A DNA stretch of 64,000 bases, from assembly GCA_964016885.1 (NCBI GenBank), contig OZ024741.1, positions 229,462,001 through 229,526,000 of the forward strand, written 5' to 3'. The DNA is from Eledone cirrhosa. Lineage: Eukaryota. The notes under the pieces were generated by a model. That model was not told the DNA's origin, searched no databases, and saw only the letters and a list, made by a program, of their open reading frames with translations. This document shows positions 39,909-54,281 of this stretch, piece after piece (the first letter of the stretch is position 1; every line of letters begins with the position of its first letter). A program made the translations under genes and the position numbers.

Positions 39909-40812
39909 CTCTACCAGAACAGCTCTGCAGAGAATCATTGTGTTGATGTTGTTGATATTGATGGTGACGGTGATGGTAATGGTGATAATTTAGAGTTACA
40001 TCTACTTGGTCATTTATCTATTTATTCATATATTTATTTGTTTATATATTTATTTGCTGACGTTTCAATTCCTTCTTAATATTTTTACTTTCGTCGGCTG
40101 TTTTGGTTTTTTTTCTTATCCAAGAAGCCCGGGGGTGGGAGAGACAGTGGCAGGGGTGGGGGGTGGAAGGAATGAGTGAAGGAGGTGTAATCTGTCTGAT
40201 TAAAAACACGGTTAATTCGTTAAGGTACCGATTAAAGGATTAGCCAGCCAAACTACGAATTAGCAATGACACGTGTGTAATGTAAATATGTTTTGTTTGT
40301 GTATGTGTGTTGGTAAAAGTGTGTAAACGTATGTCTTTGTTTGCAAATACATGTGTGATGGTAATTATATGTATATGTAGGTTGATTAATATATGTGTAT
40401 TTGTGTTATGTACACACAACACACAAACACACTCACACAAATAGCCATACACACACACTCACACACACATATATATATATTGCATATAAAAATATAATTA
40501 TTATACATTTATTCATACATACACACACACATATGAATATATATATATATATATTCATATGTGTGTGTGTATATATGTGTGTGTGTATATATATATATCT
40601 TTAAGTCGTTTGGAAGCCTCGACAATGCAAATGGGTAAATCTCCGGGTAACAAGATCCGGTGGTGGAGAGAGAGATGTAAGTGGGTGTACGTTGAGATGC
40701 GTGGTGTGTATGAGATGTGTAGAAGAATGAAGGAAAGAGTATAAAGGATAAAATAAAAATAACAACACGAGAGAGAGTTACCTTGGGAGAGATTTAATAG
40801 TCCCTATATATT

Positions 40813-42950
40813 TCGAGTGGGCCAGGCGGATGTCGAGGCCCTCCCTCCGTATAGCCTTGCGGATAGCGTTGGTGGTATTCTCGCCCAGGTGTGGCATTTT
40901 GAGGAAGCACTTGCCTTGGGTGCCTCTCTGTCTCTTGCGTCTGGTGTCCCCTATTCTGTCTGTGATCGAGGTAGGGTACCCGTTCGTCTCCAGCACCTCG
41001 AGGAATCGCTTGGTATGAGTGACACCACTCGCGGGATCGCTGCATCTGTTTTTGATTCGCGCGATCTCGTTCGTGATGTATCCTCTTTTGGCACTGTTAG
41101 GGAGGGCGGACTTGTAGTGAACGAACAGGTCCCTGCAGGCTGCCTTTCGGTAGAAGTTGCAGTGGATCCTTCCCTGTTCCGTGATGTTGATTCGGAAGTC
41201 GAGGAGAGCAAGTGACCCGTCTTCGTTGGGGTGTTCAACACTGAAATCAATGTTCTCGTCCGTGTTATTGAACGTCTCATAGATTAGATTCTGTTCGCCG
41301 TGTCTTGGGAAGATGTGAGGATGAGGATATCGTCCACGTACCTTGAGAAAAAGGCTACAGCGTTGGGGTGGCAGGCGTTGAGTGCCTTGCGTTCGAGGTT
41401 GTCCATGTAAGAGATCGCTAGCACACCTGATAGGCTTGATCCCATGGGCAATCCCGAGGTTTGTTGGTATGTTTGGTCAAGGAATCCGAAGTAGGTGTTG
41501 TCGACGACGATGGATAGGAGTTGGTGGATGTCAGTGGTGGTGAGCCCGAAGCAGTATAGGTCGGTGGATTGGACGCGTTCCATCAGTATATTGACGGCCG
41601 GGAGTGCCGGGACCGAGGTGTAGAGAGCGACTACATCAAGGCTGAAGGCATATCTGTTATTACTTCTGGTGTCGGGATCCATTTGATGCAGGCGCTTCAA
41701 CACCTCCTCGGAGCTGTTAACGTGTCCCGGCAAGGTGTCTAAGATGGGTTTGAGTATTCTGGCTAGGAGCCATGAAATTTTGTAGAGTGGTCCCTCCACG
41801 CTCGATACGATGGGCCTGATCTTCAGGTCGGGAACATGTTTGTGTGTTTTCACGAGGTGGTAGAAGGCGGGTAGTCTGCTGTTCCTCGTGAGGAGGTTGT
41901 ATCTCAGCTTCTTCGGGAGCTTCCGCCCGTCGCAGATGTTGGTCTAGGCGGCGTTGATCTGCTCTTCTATCTGCGCGGGAGTGATTCCCGTGACCTTGGA
42001 GTAGACGTTGTCATCGTCAAGGTGTTGGAGGGCCAGGTCTTTTTGTAGGCCTCTCTGCTGATGACGCAGAATTCTTTTCCCTTATCGGAGGGGAGATAGA
42101 TGAGGTTCTTCGATTTTAGGTTGGAGAGAGTGGTGAGTTGAGATTTGGTGAGGTTATGTGTTGTGCGTGTGTGTGTGTGTGTTTGTGAAGTATATCCGAG
42201 ATGGAGTGTTTTAGCCTGATGAGTTTAGTGTCGAGTTCGTGGTTGGTGGGTGGGGGGGGTGGAGTGGGTTGTCGGGGTGGTAAGTGGGGAACTTGGGGTG
42301 GGTTGCGTGGGCGCTGTTATTTTCTGTGGCGCTGTTGATGGCGGTCACCCATTTAAATTGGTAAGCGGCTCGACAAAAGTTGGCCTCGATGTTGAGTTTG
42401 AGTCTGTCGTCGAGACGTTGTGAGACGATGAACTTGGGTCCGAGGTGTAGGAGTTTCAGCTCGTCGCTCGTGAGAGTGCCGGTTACGTCGGTGACCAGGT
42501 GCGTCGTATCGTTGAGGTATGGCTCGGTGTTGGTGGATGGGGCGGTGGCGGTTGTTAAGTTGTTGTTTCCCACCTGGTTCTGGGCCGTCTGTTCGTTAGT
42601 GTCGATGTTCTCGTTGTGGCGTTTCGACAAGATCCACTCATATTTTCGCTTGAGCCGTTTTTTCTGGTATTGGACTCTGGAGTGGTAGCACTGGTCGATT
42701 GCTTTAGTGATTTTCAGGAGCAAGTCCCCGGGTCCTATTGGCAGTCGATGTGTCCGCTCTGAGAGTGTCCGCTTATGGACGTGTAATTGGCGGTTGAGAT
42801 GTCTCAGGATCTGTTTAATACACGTGCGATGTATGCGGTTAGTGGTGTTTTGGAAAGCTGGTGTACGTAGGCTTACTGGTAAGCGGATGTTCCTGATGGT
42901 GTTGGAGGTGACATCGTTTTTTAGGCAGCGTTTAAGGAAAATAATTATAT
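40813..42950 (-). pseudogene. Penelope-like element N-terminus + RT, frameshifted, endonuclease end missing
   Basis: LHLGPKF, PSDKG, KTHK..IRPIVS, SLDVVALYTSVP, GLPMGS, RYVDD, LETNGYP. Confidence 0.92.
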
Positions 42951-43071
42951 AGTTTAAGGAAAATATATATATAGTGGTAGAATACTGGAAGGTAATATCC
43001 GTAGTGGTAGAGCACTCAGTCCATGGGACGAGTTAGGTAGAAGTGGTTACACAACAGTTAGTTCACCATAC

Positions 43072-43109
43072 CTAGAACAATTATTTCACCTTAGCGGATC
43101 CTCAGCTCG
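43072..43109 (-). ncRNA. Degenerate minimal hammerhead in pseudo-LTR
   Basis: CGAG-CTGAGGA-TCC gctaa GGT-GAAA-TAATTG-TT^CTAG, followed by GTATGG (splice-donor-like). Confidence 0.55.
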
Positions 43110-43274
43110 TAATGGACATGGTTCTACGGAACAGGAAGGACAACCGTACGAACGCGCCTGCGCAGAAACGATCACTTCACACAGGCAATACTAAATTGCG
43201 TACGAGAGGTGTAAGGGAGATAACTGCGAAAGTCCGAAAGTTTCTAGTTGATCAGAAAATTAGGATGTTGTATT

Positions 43275-43547
43275 TCAATCCGGAGCTTTGTAGTTTTGTA
43301 AGAGGTATTTCCAGACGTGTGGACAACGTGTAAAGAATTCATTTCTCGTGTTTAGGCAATCACTATTGCATAATCTCTTTAGAATATTTATTCGCTCATC
43401 GATACTTAGTCCACACGACGGATTGCTCCTTGCGTATGGCTTGGACTTAGTGATGGCTTTCCATTGAATGGAGTAGTCTATACTTGAGTCCTTGAGGGAC
43501 CATACGTAGCTCGCGAGTTTCGTGGATGAACGTCTGTCCGGGTACAT
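43275..43547 (-). pseudogene. C-terminal part of a PLE GIY-YIG endonuclease
   Basis: TKLASYVWSLKD.SIDYSIQW..PY..CGL..E..LNTRNE..CPH; same subtype as 47900-48335. Confidence 0.8.
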
Positions 43548-43710
43548 GTACCATATGTTTAATTAAAAACATGTTGAAGATATTGCGCTATCATTTTTAA
43601 AGTAGTGACCTTATCACTTACTTCTTTTTTCGGCAAAGGAATGGAGAGAAGCTGACAGATTCTGTTTCACGCTGTTGGCGATCCTATATATGTATATATA
43701 TTTTTACCTG

Positions 43711-43900
43711 TGTAATAAACAACATAAGACAATTATTCCATTTACCAAAGGTTTCACGAAGACAGATGAGCTCAACAGAGACGTCTGAAATCGCTTATCA
43801 GAAACCGTTCTGATGAGCGATTTCAGACGTCTCTGTTGAGCTCGTCTGTCTTCGTGAAACATTTGGTAAATGGAATAATTGTCTTATGTTGTTTATTACA
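43711..43900. repeat. Near-perfect 190-bp palindrome with a hammerhead motif on each strand
   Basis: 93-bp arms with a 4-nt loop; plus-strand HHR at 43805-43873: CCGTT-CTGATGA-GCGA..TCGT-GAAA-CA TTT GG-TA^AATGG. Confidence 0.92.
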
Positions 43901-43965
43901 TAATTAAATAGCTCTGTAGTATTCATAGAGAACTCTCCTTTCCTTTACCCTTCCTACAGAAATAC

Positions 43966-44028
<63 letters not shown>

Positions 44029-44229
44029 GGACCCGTAAATCCAGGTGGAGTTGTAGGGGCGGTGAGTTGCTTGGGCATTGTAAATCTAGCCGAAAAATTG
44101 CCACAGGTACTGCACTGGTACTTTTTTATCGACCTCGTTGGGATTTGAACTCAGAGCGCAGAGAGCTAGAACGAATAATGCATAGCATTCTATCCGACGT
44201 TCTAGCATCCTTCATCATGATAATGCTAG

Positions 44230-45258
44230 ACCTCACACTGCGCAAGAGACTAAAGATCTCCTAGAAAAATATGCCTGGGAAATTATGCTTCATCCACCAT
44301 ACTCCCCGGTAATCACACCAACAGATTACTACCACTTTAGAAGTTTGTAAAATCATTTGAGTGGATTAAAACTAACTTCAAGAGAAGAAATCGAAAATGT
44401 GTTACTTTCCTGGGCATGGATATATTTAAGCTCCGACGTCTGACAACTGACTTGGTAAATACCCACAAAATTATTAACCATTTTGCCAACAACATACTCC
44501 CTCCACAACACTAATATCAAGAAGTCTTCTTGTGAACGTGAAATGGGCATTACTGTCAGTAGCGATTTGCGTTGGACAAAGCACGTCTCTAAAATTGTCA
44601 AGAAGGCCGAGGGTGTCTTAGCATCACTCAGCAAGACCTTTGTCAGCCGCTCTCCAGCTATCTATTTAAAGCTGTATATAGCTATGGTGCGGCCACACTT
44701 AGAATTTGCATCACCAGTCAGAACATTGACCTCCTGGAAACTGTTCAGAGACGTGCAACCAAACGAACACACTCCATCAAGCATCTACCATACTCTGAAC
44801 GCCTTGCTTCCCTGGGCATTGAAGCTCCGACGTCTGGCAACTGACTTGGTAAGCACCCACACAATTATTAACCATCTTGCTAACAACAGCCCTGAGTTCC
44901 TTTGGAAATCCCATATGTCTAACACACGTGGGCATGCCTACAAAGTCGGAAAACAGCACAGCTTCCATGAATTTCAAAAACATTTTTTACACACTCAGAG
45001 TTGCTGAAGCATGGAACAAACTACCTGCATCAGTTGTTAGCTGTCGAGATACTGCATCCTTTAAAAGCTCCATGCTTCCTGGAATTCGCCAACACTTCAC
45101 CTGATATCCCCCCTCCATACACACGCACACATGTATATCATGACTCATACACTGTTCACTTTCCTGACATTTGTACATTATTCTATGCACTATGCATTCA
45201 CCTTTGATGAGTTGTAGTGCCCCTGAGCACTGTAGACAATAATTTCGTTATTATTATT
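44230..45258 (+). pseudogene. CR1-clade LINE 3' fragment
   Basis: EREMGITVSSDLRW..H, LY.AMVRPHLEFASPV, LRRL..DL, TRGH.YK, RVAEAWNKLP; (TTA)n tail. Confidence 0.88.
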
Positions 45259-46202
45259 TAGTTTAAAACCTAAAGAATTTTAAGGACCTGCCATGAAAAA
45301 GCCCACAGATGGTGAGCGGTCAATTTTCATTAGTTTATATGCAATAAGTTGTTTATACTTCTACACTAGCTGAGGGAGAATAGATGGATAAAAGAGAAAA
45401 CGACTGTATGGATGTGTTTTCTGTGGTATGAGGTGAGACCGTAATGTGTGTGTGAGAGAGACATAAAAAAAAATCATAAAACTTCCTTATTAGCCTGGGA
45501 GAGTAAACTGCCGATTAAATGGTAGCATTTACCTTGGGTTTTACATGTGAAATAACCATAGTCAGTATGCTCTTTTTCAGCTTCAAAAGACGGCATCTGA
45601 AACGTAGCAATATACCACATAACATTGCTTCTGAAGTGTTGCTTCGTTAGTGTTAGCTGAAAGTAGTATATGGATAAAACTGGAGGGTTGATTCATTTCA
45701 AATAGTATAAATTTTTCTTTGTTCCGTAAAATCAAAGACTGTAAACCGACTTTATAAAAGATAACGCAATATTGGTAAACCTTCCTATAGATCAGGGGAT
45801 CTATAGTTTAAGCCGTTTCTAGAATTTCGTGGGACGTTACTATCTCTCTCTAAACATATATATATGTGTGTATATATTTGTGTGTGCGTGTGTGCAGTTT
45901 TTGTGTGATTCAACCAATCAACCAACCAATAAACATCTTTTATTTATATATATAGATTACACAAGATATTTAAACAATTTATTTTATACAATTCCTAATA
46001 ATATTTAATTATAAAGATACAATAGGATTTTTTTTTAAATCGAATGGCTATGGGGGTCAACCAGAGTAAAATAAAAAATCTAGGGGTCCAAATGTAGAAA
46101 AACTGTTGAGAACCACTGAAATAACCAAAAATAACCTAAACTGTTACATGAAATAAGAGAAAAACATTCCAGCCAGGAGCATCCATAGGGGCTACAAAGT
46201 TA

Positions 46203-46380
46203 ATAATTGTTTGTACTTTTGGCACAAGGCCAGTAATTATCCAAGTGGTACTTTATTTTATCGACCCCGTAAGGATGAAAGGCAAAGCTAACCCCGGCAG
46301 GATTTGAACTCAGACCGTAAAGGCCCGTAACTCTATGCTGCAAAGCATGGCGCCCAACCCTCCACTAATACTGCCAATCC
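46203..46380 (-). mobile_element. tRNA-type SINE with flanking direct repeat
   Basis: Family core; ATCCATAGGGGCTRCAAAGTTAATAAT at ~46181-46207 and ~46377-46403. Confidence 0.88.
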
Positions 46381-46601
46381 ATAGGGGCTGCAAAGTTAAT
46401 AATGGAGAGGATGATATGTTGCAAAAATGAATGTTAAAAATAGTATAACATTATTTCTGATATGATACATTTACGCAAAAGTACCATAGTTTACATTCAA
46501 CTGAACTGGTTGTCAATATTTACCGAGCAGCAAGTCTTGCGTGTGTGTATAATATATTTATATATTATACATAAATATGAGTGTGTCTATGTATAAATCC
46601 A

Positions 46602-46692
<91 letters not shown>

Positions 46693-46811
46693 GAGGAGAA
46701 TTTTATTGTAGAACAATAAAACCATGCATATATCAGATAAGTAGCACTCAACCGTTGATAGAACTGGAGTATATATAGAAGAAATTAAATGATGGTTAAA
46801 AAAGTTCCATA

Positions 46812-46882
46812 TATTTTATTAAGCGCCTTTCAAAAACAAATATCATCATGGGACGATAATTGCGTTCTCATCAGATAAAATA
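46812..46882 (-). ncRNA. Type I hammerhead ribozyme, apparently intact
   Basis: TATTTTAT-CTGATGA-GAACGCAATTATCGTC ccat GATGATATTTGTTTTT-GAAA-GGCGCT-TA^ATAAAATA; 8-bp stem I. Confidence 0.85.
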
Positions 46883-47899
46883 AGGTAACATGATATGACA
46901 AAACATATGACAAAAAAATATAGGAGAGAGAATATTTGAAAAAAGAAGGAAGAGAGAAAAGGAAAAAGACATAAGAGAGAAGGAGAAAATAACGGATGAA
47001 AAATTAAGAAGGAAGGAGGAGAGAGAAAGAAAAAGGAGAGAGAGACTTTTGATCGGGAAACGCTGTCAAAAATGAAAAACAGCTGTGAATAACGGTTAAA
47101 AAATATATAAATAAATAAATAAATTGATGAGGTTTATGTACTTAGATTACAAATATAGAAACTAGGTATATTATTTATTTTGGATTTATATACTAAAAAA
47201 ATTGATTAAGAGGTGTGAAAATGTATTAATAAAGTAAAATAAAATTAAATGATTTATAAGCGTAGAATACCATATAACGTCATAGTTTGTTTGAACAGAG
47301 TGTATTGAGAAATGTGAGAAAAAAGATATTTGTGTAAAAATATATATATATGTGTAGAAAAGAATAGTCAAACCATGTCAAAAATTAAAAATTTACTATT
47401 AAAAATTATAAATTATATATAAAAAATTATATATTCGGGAAAACTATTTAAATATTTAAATATTATTTTAATCAACAAGTAAATAAAGGAAAATGTTAGA
47501 ATGATTTAAGCGAAGAAAAAAGCGTAGAAAAAGCATAGAGAAAAACATATGGCGTCATAGTTTGTTTCCAAAATCAACGAAGTTTTATCCTGAAAAATAT
47601 TTATCCTTAAAAATATTTATCCTTAAAAATATTTATCCTTAAAAATATTGAGAAAAAGAATATAATGTAATATATGAACTATTTAAATATTATTTTGTAT
47701 CAATAAATAGATAAAGGAAATTGCTAGAGTGGTTTAAAGCGTAGAAAACCATATAACGCCAAACTTTGTTTAAAACGTTGTAGAATGTACTGAAATATGC
47801 GAGAAAAATGTTTGAAAAGATATGTGTAAAATAATATATATGCGTAAACATTTTTTAAAACCTTTATTCGTGGAATAAGATATAGGGTATTAGCTGTAT

Positions 47900-48335
47900 A
47901 CTCTGTGAAATGACCTAAGAGATTTATGGATGCAGAGACCAAATAAATCAGTGCGTCTATTTATCATAGAGTTGAAATTCGAGATAATGGTAAATTTTTC
48001 AGCTAGACAAATTACAAGCCCTAGATATTGAAGCATTAGAATAAGAGGAAGCATTGCATATTTTACGCCAAGAAATTTTGTAATTAATGTTTTTGTCTTT
48101 TAAGGACCAGATAAGTTCTGAAAGTGCAGTGTTTGTCCTTTTAAGTGGATATTTAAATGAGGAAGAATGGTTATATAGTCTTGCCTTAAAAAAGTAGAAG
48201 TAGAGCCAATGTAGGTATAAGTATTGGCACTAGTTAGCACTTTACATTCGTATACTAGATTTTTATCGAGACAGAAATTATTAAGAAATTATTAAGAGTT
48301 CTATTTTCAGCCCTATACCTCAACCTCATTTGCAT
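47900..48335 (-). pseudogene. PLE-type GIY-YIG endonuclease domain, frameshifted (absent from ORF track)
   Basis: Manual translation: LNNFCLDKNLVYECKV..TYIGST..ARLYNHSSSF..TALSELIWSLKDKNINYKISW..CNL(C)LAEK..INRR.DL..LCIHK. Confidence 0.85.
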
Positions 48336-48462
48336 ACACATCTTAATAATTCGAAATATTTGACTTTTCTTCTCTTTCCCTTCTTTCCTTTACTATCCAG
48401 GAAAAACGTGAACCGTTAAGTTCTTCTTCCTGGTTATGTCAATACTTATAAAACAAACTTTG

Positions 48463-48523
48463 TATTTTATCTGATGAGGGCGTACCAAAGTTTTGGAACC
48501 CTTGAAATATATATAATAGAATA
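48463..48523 (+). ncRNA. Type I hammerhead ribozyme
   Basis: TATTTTAT-CTGATGA-GGGCGTACCAA agtt TTGGAACCCTT-GAAA-TATATA-TA^ATAGAATA. Confidence 0.82.
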
Positions 48524-48562
48524 AATATTGTTTTATAAATATAGTTTCCATTTATTTAATAT

Positions 48563-48621
<59 letters not shown>

Positions 48622-48713
48622 TATATATATATATAAGTATATATATATATATATATATTTGTGTGTGTGTGTGTGTGTATGTGTGTGTGTGTGTTTTATG
48701 TAAGTATATATAC

Positions 48714-48815
<102 letters not shown>

Positions 48816-48879
48816 ATATATATATATACATGTATATATATATATATACATATATTTAATACAATAACAGAGATAGCTT

Positions 48880-49777
<898 letters not shown>

Positions 49778-49842
49778 CGTAAGATAAGAAAATTATAAAA
49801 TTATAAAAAAATTTATAAAATTGACTTACTTACTAAAATATC

Positions 49843-49924
49843 ACTTCCAACTAATTAGTTTCTGGAATGGAGTAAATATATTTTCCGAAGAACATATTGA
49901 AAAGCATTCCGTCGTCAGGAAAGT
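49843..49924 (-). ncRNA. Type I hammerhead (inverted twin of 50557-50638)
   Basis: Reverse complement of 50557-50638. Confidence 0.8.
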
Positions 49925-50556
49925 CTATTTTCATGTAAGTTTCCAGGCATAGCGAGGACTCTGGAAACTTATTAAAAAAATAATTCAGTGGAAAGGAAAT
50001 AGCGAAGCGTGGACTGAAATCCTAGCCATTGAGAAAATCACTGCCTCTACGTCTGTGGCAAATTCAAAAAGAATCAATCACGTGACATCGAGGTCAATCA
50101 GTGGAAAGCGAGTTCTTAATAAGACAGCGGCCTGCCTACTACTATAGCAGCAGTCATGGCCAATATTGCTCGACAAATGAATTGGAGATAATTATAAAGA
50201 ATTTATATCTAGTAACATTTATATACATACAGATGCATATCAATGCCAGGTTTTGTCTTAGTAACATTGTGGTTCAATGCATGGGGTTGCAGAACAATAA
50301 TATGAGAGACGTAAGATAAGAAAATTATTGTTGCTCTAGTAGTAGGCAGGCCGCTGTCTTATTAAGAACTCGCTTTCCACTGATTGACCTCGATGTCACG
50401 TGATTGATTCTTTTTGAATTTGCCACAGACGTAGAGGCAGTGATTTTCTCAATGGCTAGGATTTCAGTCCACGCTTCGCTATTTCCTTTCCACTGAATTA
50501 TATTTTTAATAAGTTTCCAGAGTCCTCGCTATGCCTGGAAACTTACATGAAAATAG

Positions 50557-50638
50557 ACTTTCCTGACGACGGAATGCTTTTCAATATGTTCTTCGGAAAA
50601 TATATTTACTCCATTCCAGAAACTAATTAGTTGGAAGT
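50557..50638 (+). ncRNA. Type I hammerhead with long stem II capped by cUUCGg
   Basis: ACTTTC-CTGACGA-C-GGAATG..TTC TTCG GAA..CATTCC-A-GAAA-CTAATTAG-TT^GGAAGT. Confidence 0.8.
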
Positions 50639-50836
50639 GATATTTTAGTAAGTAAGTCAATTTTATAAATTTTTTTATAATTTTATAATTTTCTTATCTT
50701 ACGTCTCTCATATTATTGTTCTGCAACCCCATGCATTGAACCACAATGTTACTAAGACAAAACCTATATATTTGCTGGCATTGATATGCATCTGTATGTA
50801 TATAAATTATATAAATGTTACTAGATATAAATTCTT

Positions 50837-50890
<54 letters not shown>

Positions 50891-50930
50891 AAGAATTGTA
50901 TATATTGTATATATATATATATATGTATAT

Positions 50931-50968
<38 letters not shown>

Positions 50969-51006
50969 ATATTAATAAATGGAAACTATATTTATAAAAC
51001 CATATT

Positions 51007-51072
51007 TATTTCATTATACATATTTCAAGGGCCACCAAGGCAGATTGTGGTGCGCTTTCATCAGATAAAATA
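51007..51072 (-). ncRNA. Type I hammerhead
   Basis: TATTTTAT-CTGATGA-AAGCGCACCA..TGGTGGCCCTT-GAAA-TATGTA-TA^ATGAAATA. Confidence 0.8.
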
Positions 51073-51896
51073 TAATATAGATTAGTTTTATAAATAAATA
51101 TTGACATACCCTGAAAAATGCAACCTTCACGGTTGGAGTCTCCTGGATAGTGGAGATATTAGATTTATTGTTGGTTTATTATGCAAATTAGTGTCGGAAT
51201 AGTTTAAATAACAGTATATTTAATTTACACTGTTGGACGAGGGAAGAAAGAAAGAGGAAAAGAAAGAGAAAGAGAAAAAAAACGTGAGTATATTTAAGTG
51301 AGAGAGATTATTAATTATAAGGACAGTAATAGCGTAATTTTGTTTACGTTATGAGAGAAGAAGCGAAGAAATGAATATAGCGTGGATGAATAATATCCGG
51401 ATTCATTATAATGATAGGTTGAAGAATTTTATCTAAGGTTTAATTAATAAATTTGATTAAATGTTTAATTAATAATTTATCAATTCAATCAGTAGTTTAA
51501 ATGTGTATGTTAGATTATTAAAAAAATTGAAAACTTTTATATATATTTATATATATTATTAAAAAAATATACTATTATTACAAAACCATATATATTATTA
51601 CAATATTATACGATATATATTATCAATTAATTATTAAAAAATTATTTAAAAATTGTAGGTTTAAAGTATCCGAACAATTCTAAGCCCATGGAAATTCAGA
51701 GAGTTTACAGAAGAATAATCCCTTATTTGGTTTTATATGGTTTTATAAATATAGTTTTATAAATATAGTTTCCATTTGTTAATATATTGTATATTTACTC
51801 CAATAATTTGTTGAGTGCTTTATATCAGTTATAAAAATATTTTGCTTGTTGTATCCCAACAAATTAAATATAACCTCTACACATATATATATACAT

Positions 51897-52236
51897 ATAT
51901 TCAATGATATTAAGTAAATGGAAACTATATTTATAAAACCATATTTATTCTATTATATATATTTCAAGGGTACCAAAACTTTGGTACGCCCTCATCAGAT
52001 AAAATACAAAGTTTGTTTTATAAATATTGACATACCCAGGAAGAACTTAATGGTTCAAGTTTTTCCTGGATAGTGAACCGTTAAGTTCTTCTTCCTGATT
52101 ATGTCAATATTTATAAAGCAAACTTCGTATTTTATCTGATGAGGGCGTACCAAAGTTTTGGTACCTTGAAATATATATAATAGAATAAATATGGTTTTAT
52201 AAATATAGTTTCCATTTACTTAATATCATTGAATAT
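51897..52236. repeat. Inverted pair of HHR pseudo-LTR repeats (HHRs 51946-52006 minus, 52128-52187 plus)
   Basis: ~160-175-bp arms nearly identical to ~48410-48570. Confidence 0.9.
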
Positions 52237-52339
52237 TATACTCCAGAAAACTTGTCGAGTGCTTTGAATCAGTTATAAACATTTATATTTGTTGAATTAC
52301 CAACAAATTGAATATCCCTTTTGCTTATATATATATTAC

Positions 52340-54137
52340 ACTGAGGTCAGAGAGGAGGCACTGATAGAGAAGATCAGAAGTGTGGAGAGAGCGGTTGACA
52401 GATCTGGATGTAAGCAGAGCTGGATGATCATCAACGAGATCACAGGGAGGAAGAAAAGGTGTTCGAGTCAGATCCAGGGAACGGGGCCCGAGGATAGGAA
52501 GAGGAAATGGCTAGACCATTTTAGGACCCTACTAGGAGAGCCACCCTCCACAGCCCAGAGCACTGGGGAGATCAGGCGGCTGTTTGAGGAACTGGATGTT
52601 GAGACAGAGCCCTTCACCAGAGAGGAGCTTCAGAGAGCCAAGAAGAAGATCAAGGAGGGCAAGGCTCGTGGAGAAGATGGAGTGGCATCAGAGGTGATGA
52701 AGAGGTGTGATTTTGATGATATCATCCTGGGGTTCTGTAACGGGGCACTGGAGAAAGGAGTTGCCCCGAATCAGTGGAGGATCAGTAACATCGTCCCAGT
52801 GCCAAAGAAGGGGGATCTCTCTAACACCAACAACTACCGGGGGATCTCACTGACGTCACTTGTGGTAAAGACCCTCAACAGGATGATTCTTAACAGGATC
52901 CAGCCTGAGATGGAGAAGAAGCTCAGGGACAACCAGAACGGCTTCAGAGAGGGTAGATCAACCACCAGTCACATCCTTATGCTGAGGAGGATATTAGAGG
53001 GAGCTAGAGCAAAGTGCCTTCCTGCGGTCATGGTTTTCATTGACTTTAGGAAGGGCTTTGATTCTGTGGACCGTTACTGCCTGATGAAGATCTTACAGGC
53101 TTATGGAATCCCCAAGAGGATAGTGGACCTGATATCACTGCTCTACACCAACACCAAAGCCCAAGTCATTACACCTGATGGGATGACAGAGTTCTTTGAT
53201 ACTGGCTGGAGTGCTCCAGGGAGATACATTGGCTCCCTACCTTTTTATCATCGTAGTGGACTATTGTATGCGCCTTGCACTGGAGAAACACCAGGACACT
53301 GGCTTTACTGTAGCACCGGCTCAGAGCAGGAGAGTTGGGGCGAAAAAGGTATCGGATGCTGAATTTGCCGACGACATAGTTTTGGTGACAAATACAGTGA
53401 AGGAGGCAGAGGATTTGATGCGGGAGGTTGAGACTGTGTCGATGAGTGTGGGGCTGAGAATGAATGAGACTAAAACAAAATATCTGGTAGAGAATGTTGA
53501 GAAGCCAGAGGGGATCACTAATGTAGGCGGGAAGCCGCTGGAATTGGTTGAGGACTTCCTGTATTTGGGAGCAAAGATTGGGAATACGGAAGATGATGTG
53601 GTTGAGAGGAAGAGCAAGGCCTGGGCGGCGTGTCACAACTTGAGATAGGTGTGGAAGTCGGACCTTCGTAGAGACCTGAAAGTCCGCCTCTTCATTGCTG
53701 TAGTGGAGTCTGTGCTGCTGTATGGGTCTGAGACTTGGACACTGACCAAGAGACTCACTCAGATGGTGGATGGGTGCTACACGAGAATGCTGAGGATGGC
53801 TCTGAACATTAATCAGTATACACTGAGGATGAAAAACTCAGAGCTGTATGGGAGCATCCCAAAAGTCAGCTCAAAAGTGACACAGAGGAGACTGAGGTTG
53901 GCTGGACATGCTCACCGACATCCAGAGTTGACATTGCACTCAGTGCTCCTTTGGGAGCCCCTACATGGACACACTAGAAGAGGAAGACCAAGGTTAACAT
54001 ATGTTGATGCCCTAAGGACAGACACTGGTCTGTTGGAGATGCAGGATATGGCAGCGATAATGAGGGACAGAGACCGCTGGAGAGAACTCGTCCATGGATC
54101 TCGGGAATTTTACCCGCCTTAGATAGATAGATAGATA
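52340..54137 (+). pseudogene. 5'-truncated RTE-clade LINE RT, lightly decayed, with (AGAT)n tail
   Basis: PVPKKGD..NYRGISL, QNGFR.GRST, FIDFRKGFD, GVLQGDTLAP, FADD, FLYLG, LLYGSETW, RRGRP; one frameshift near 53196 and a stop near 53646. Confidence 0.93.
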
Positions 54138-54281
54138 TATATCATAAATCATGTCCTTAGAATTATTAGATAAAATATATACCATTTCCTCAACAATAAT
54201 GCGAGCTCACATATATATATATATATATATATTATAAAATAACAGCAGGCTGGACTGGTGTAAATCCTTGAAAGGATTATT

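Noticed and set aside
46080-46117. hAT-like terminal repeat GTTGAGAACCACTG
   Set aside because: No matching left end or TSD found, so element boundaries cannot be called
47900-48335. Selenocysteine-type TGA recoding in the GIY-YIG fragment
   Set aside because: The copy is frameshifted, no TGA can be placed reliably at a conserved Cys, and no SECIS was identified
50563-50610. Shorter HHR fold using the GAAA at 50596
   Set aside because: Gives no stem I; the GAAA at 50619 gives complete stems I, II and III
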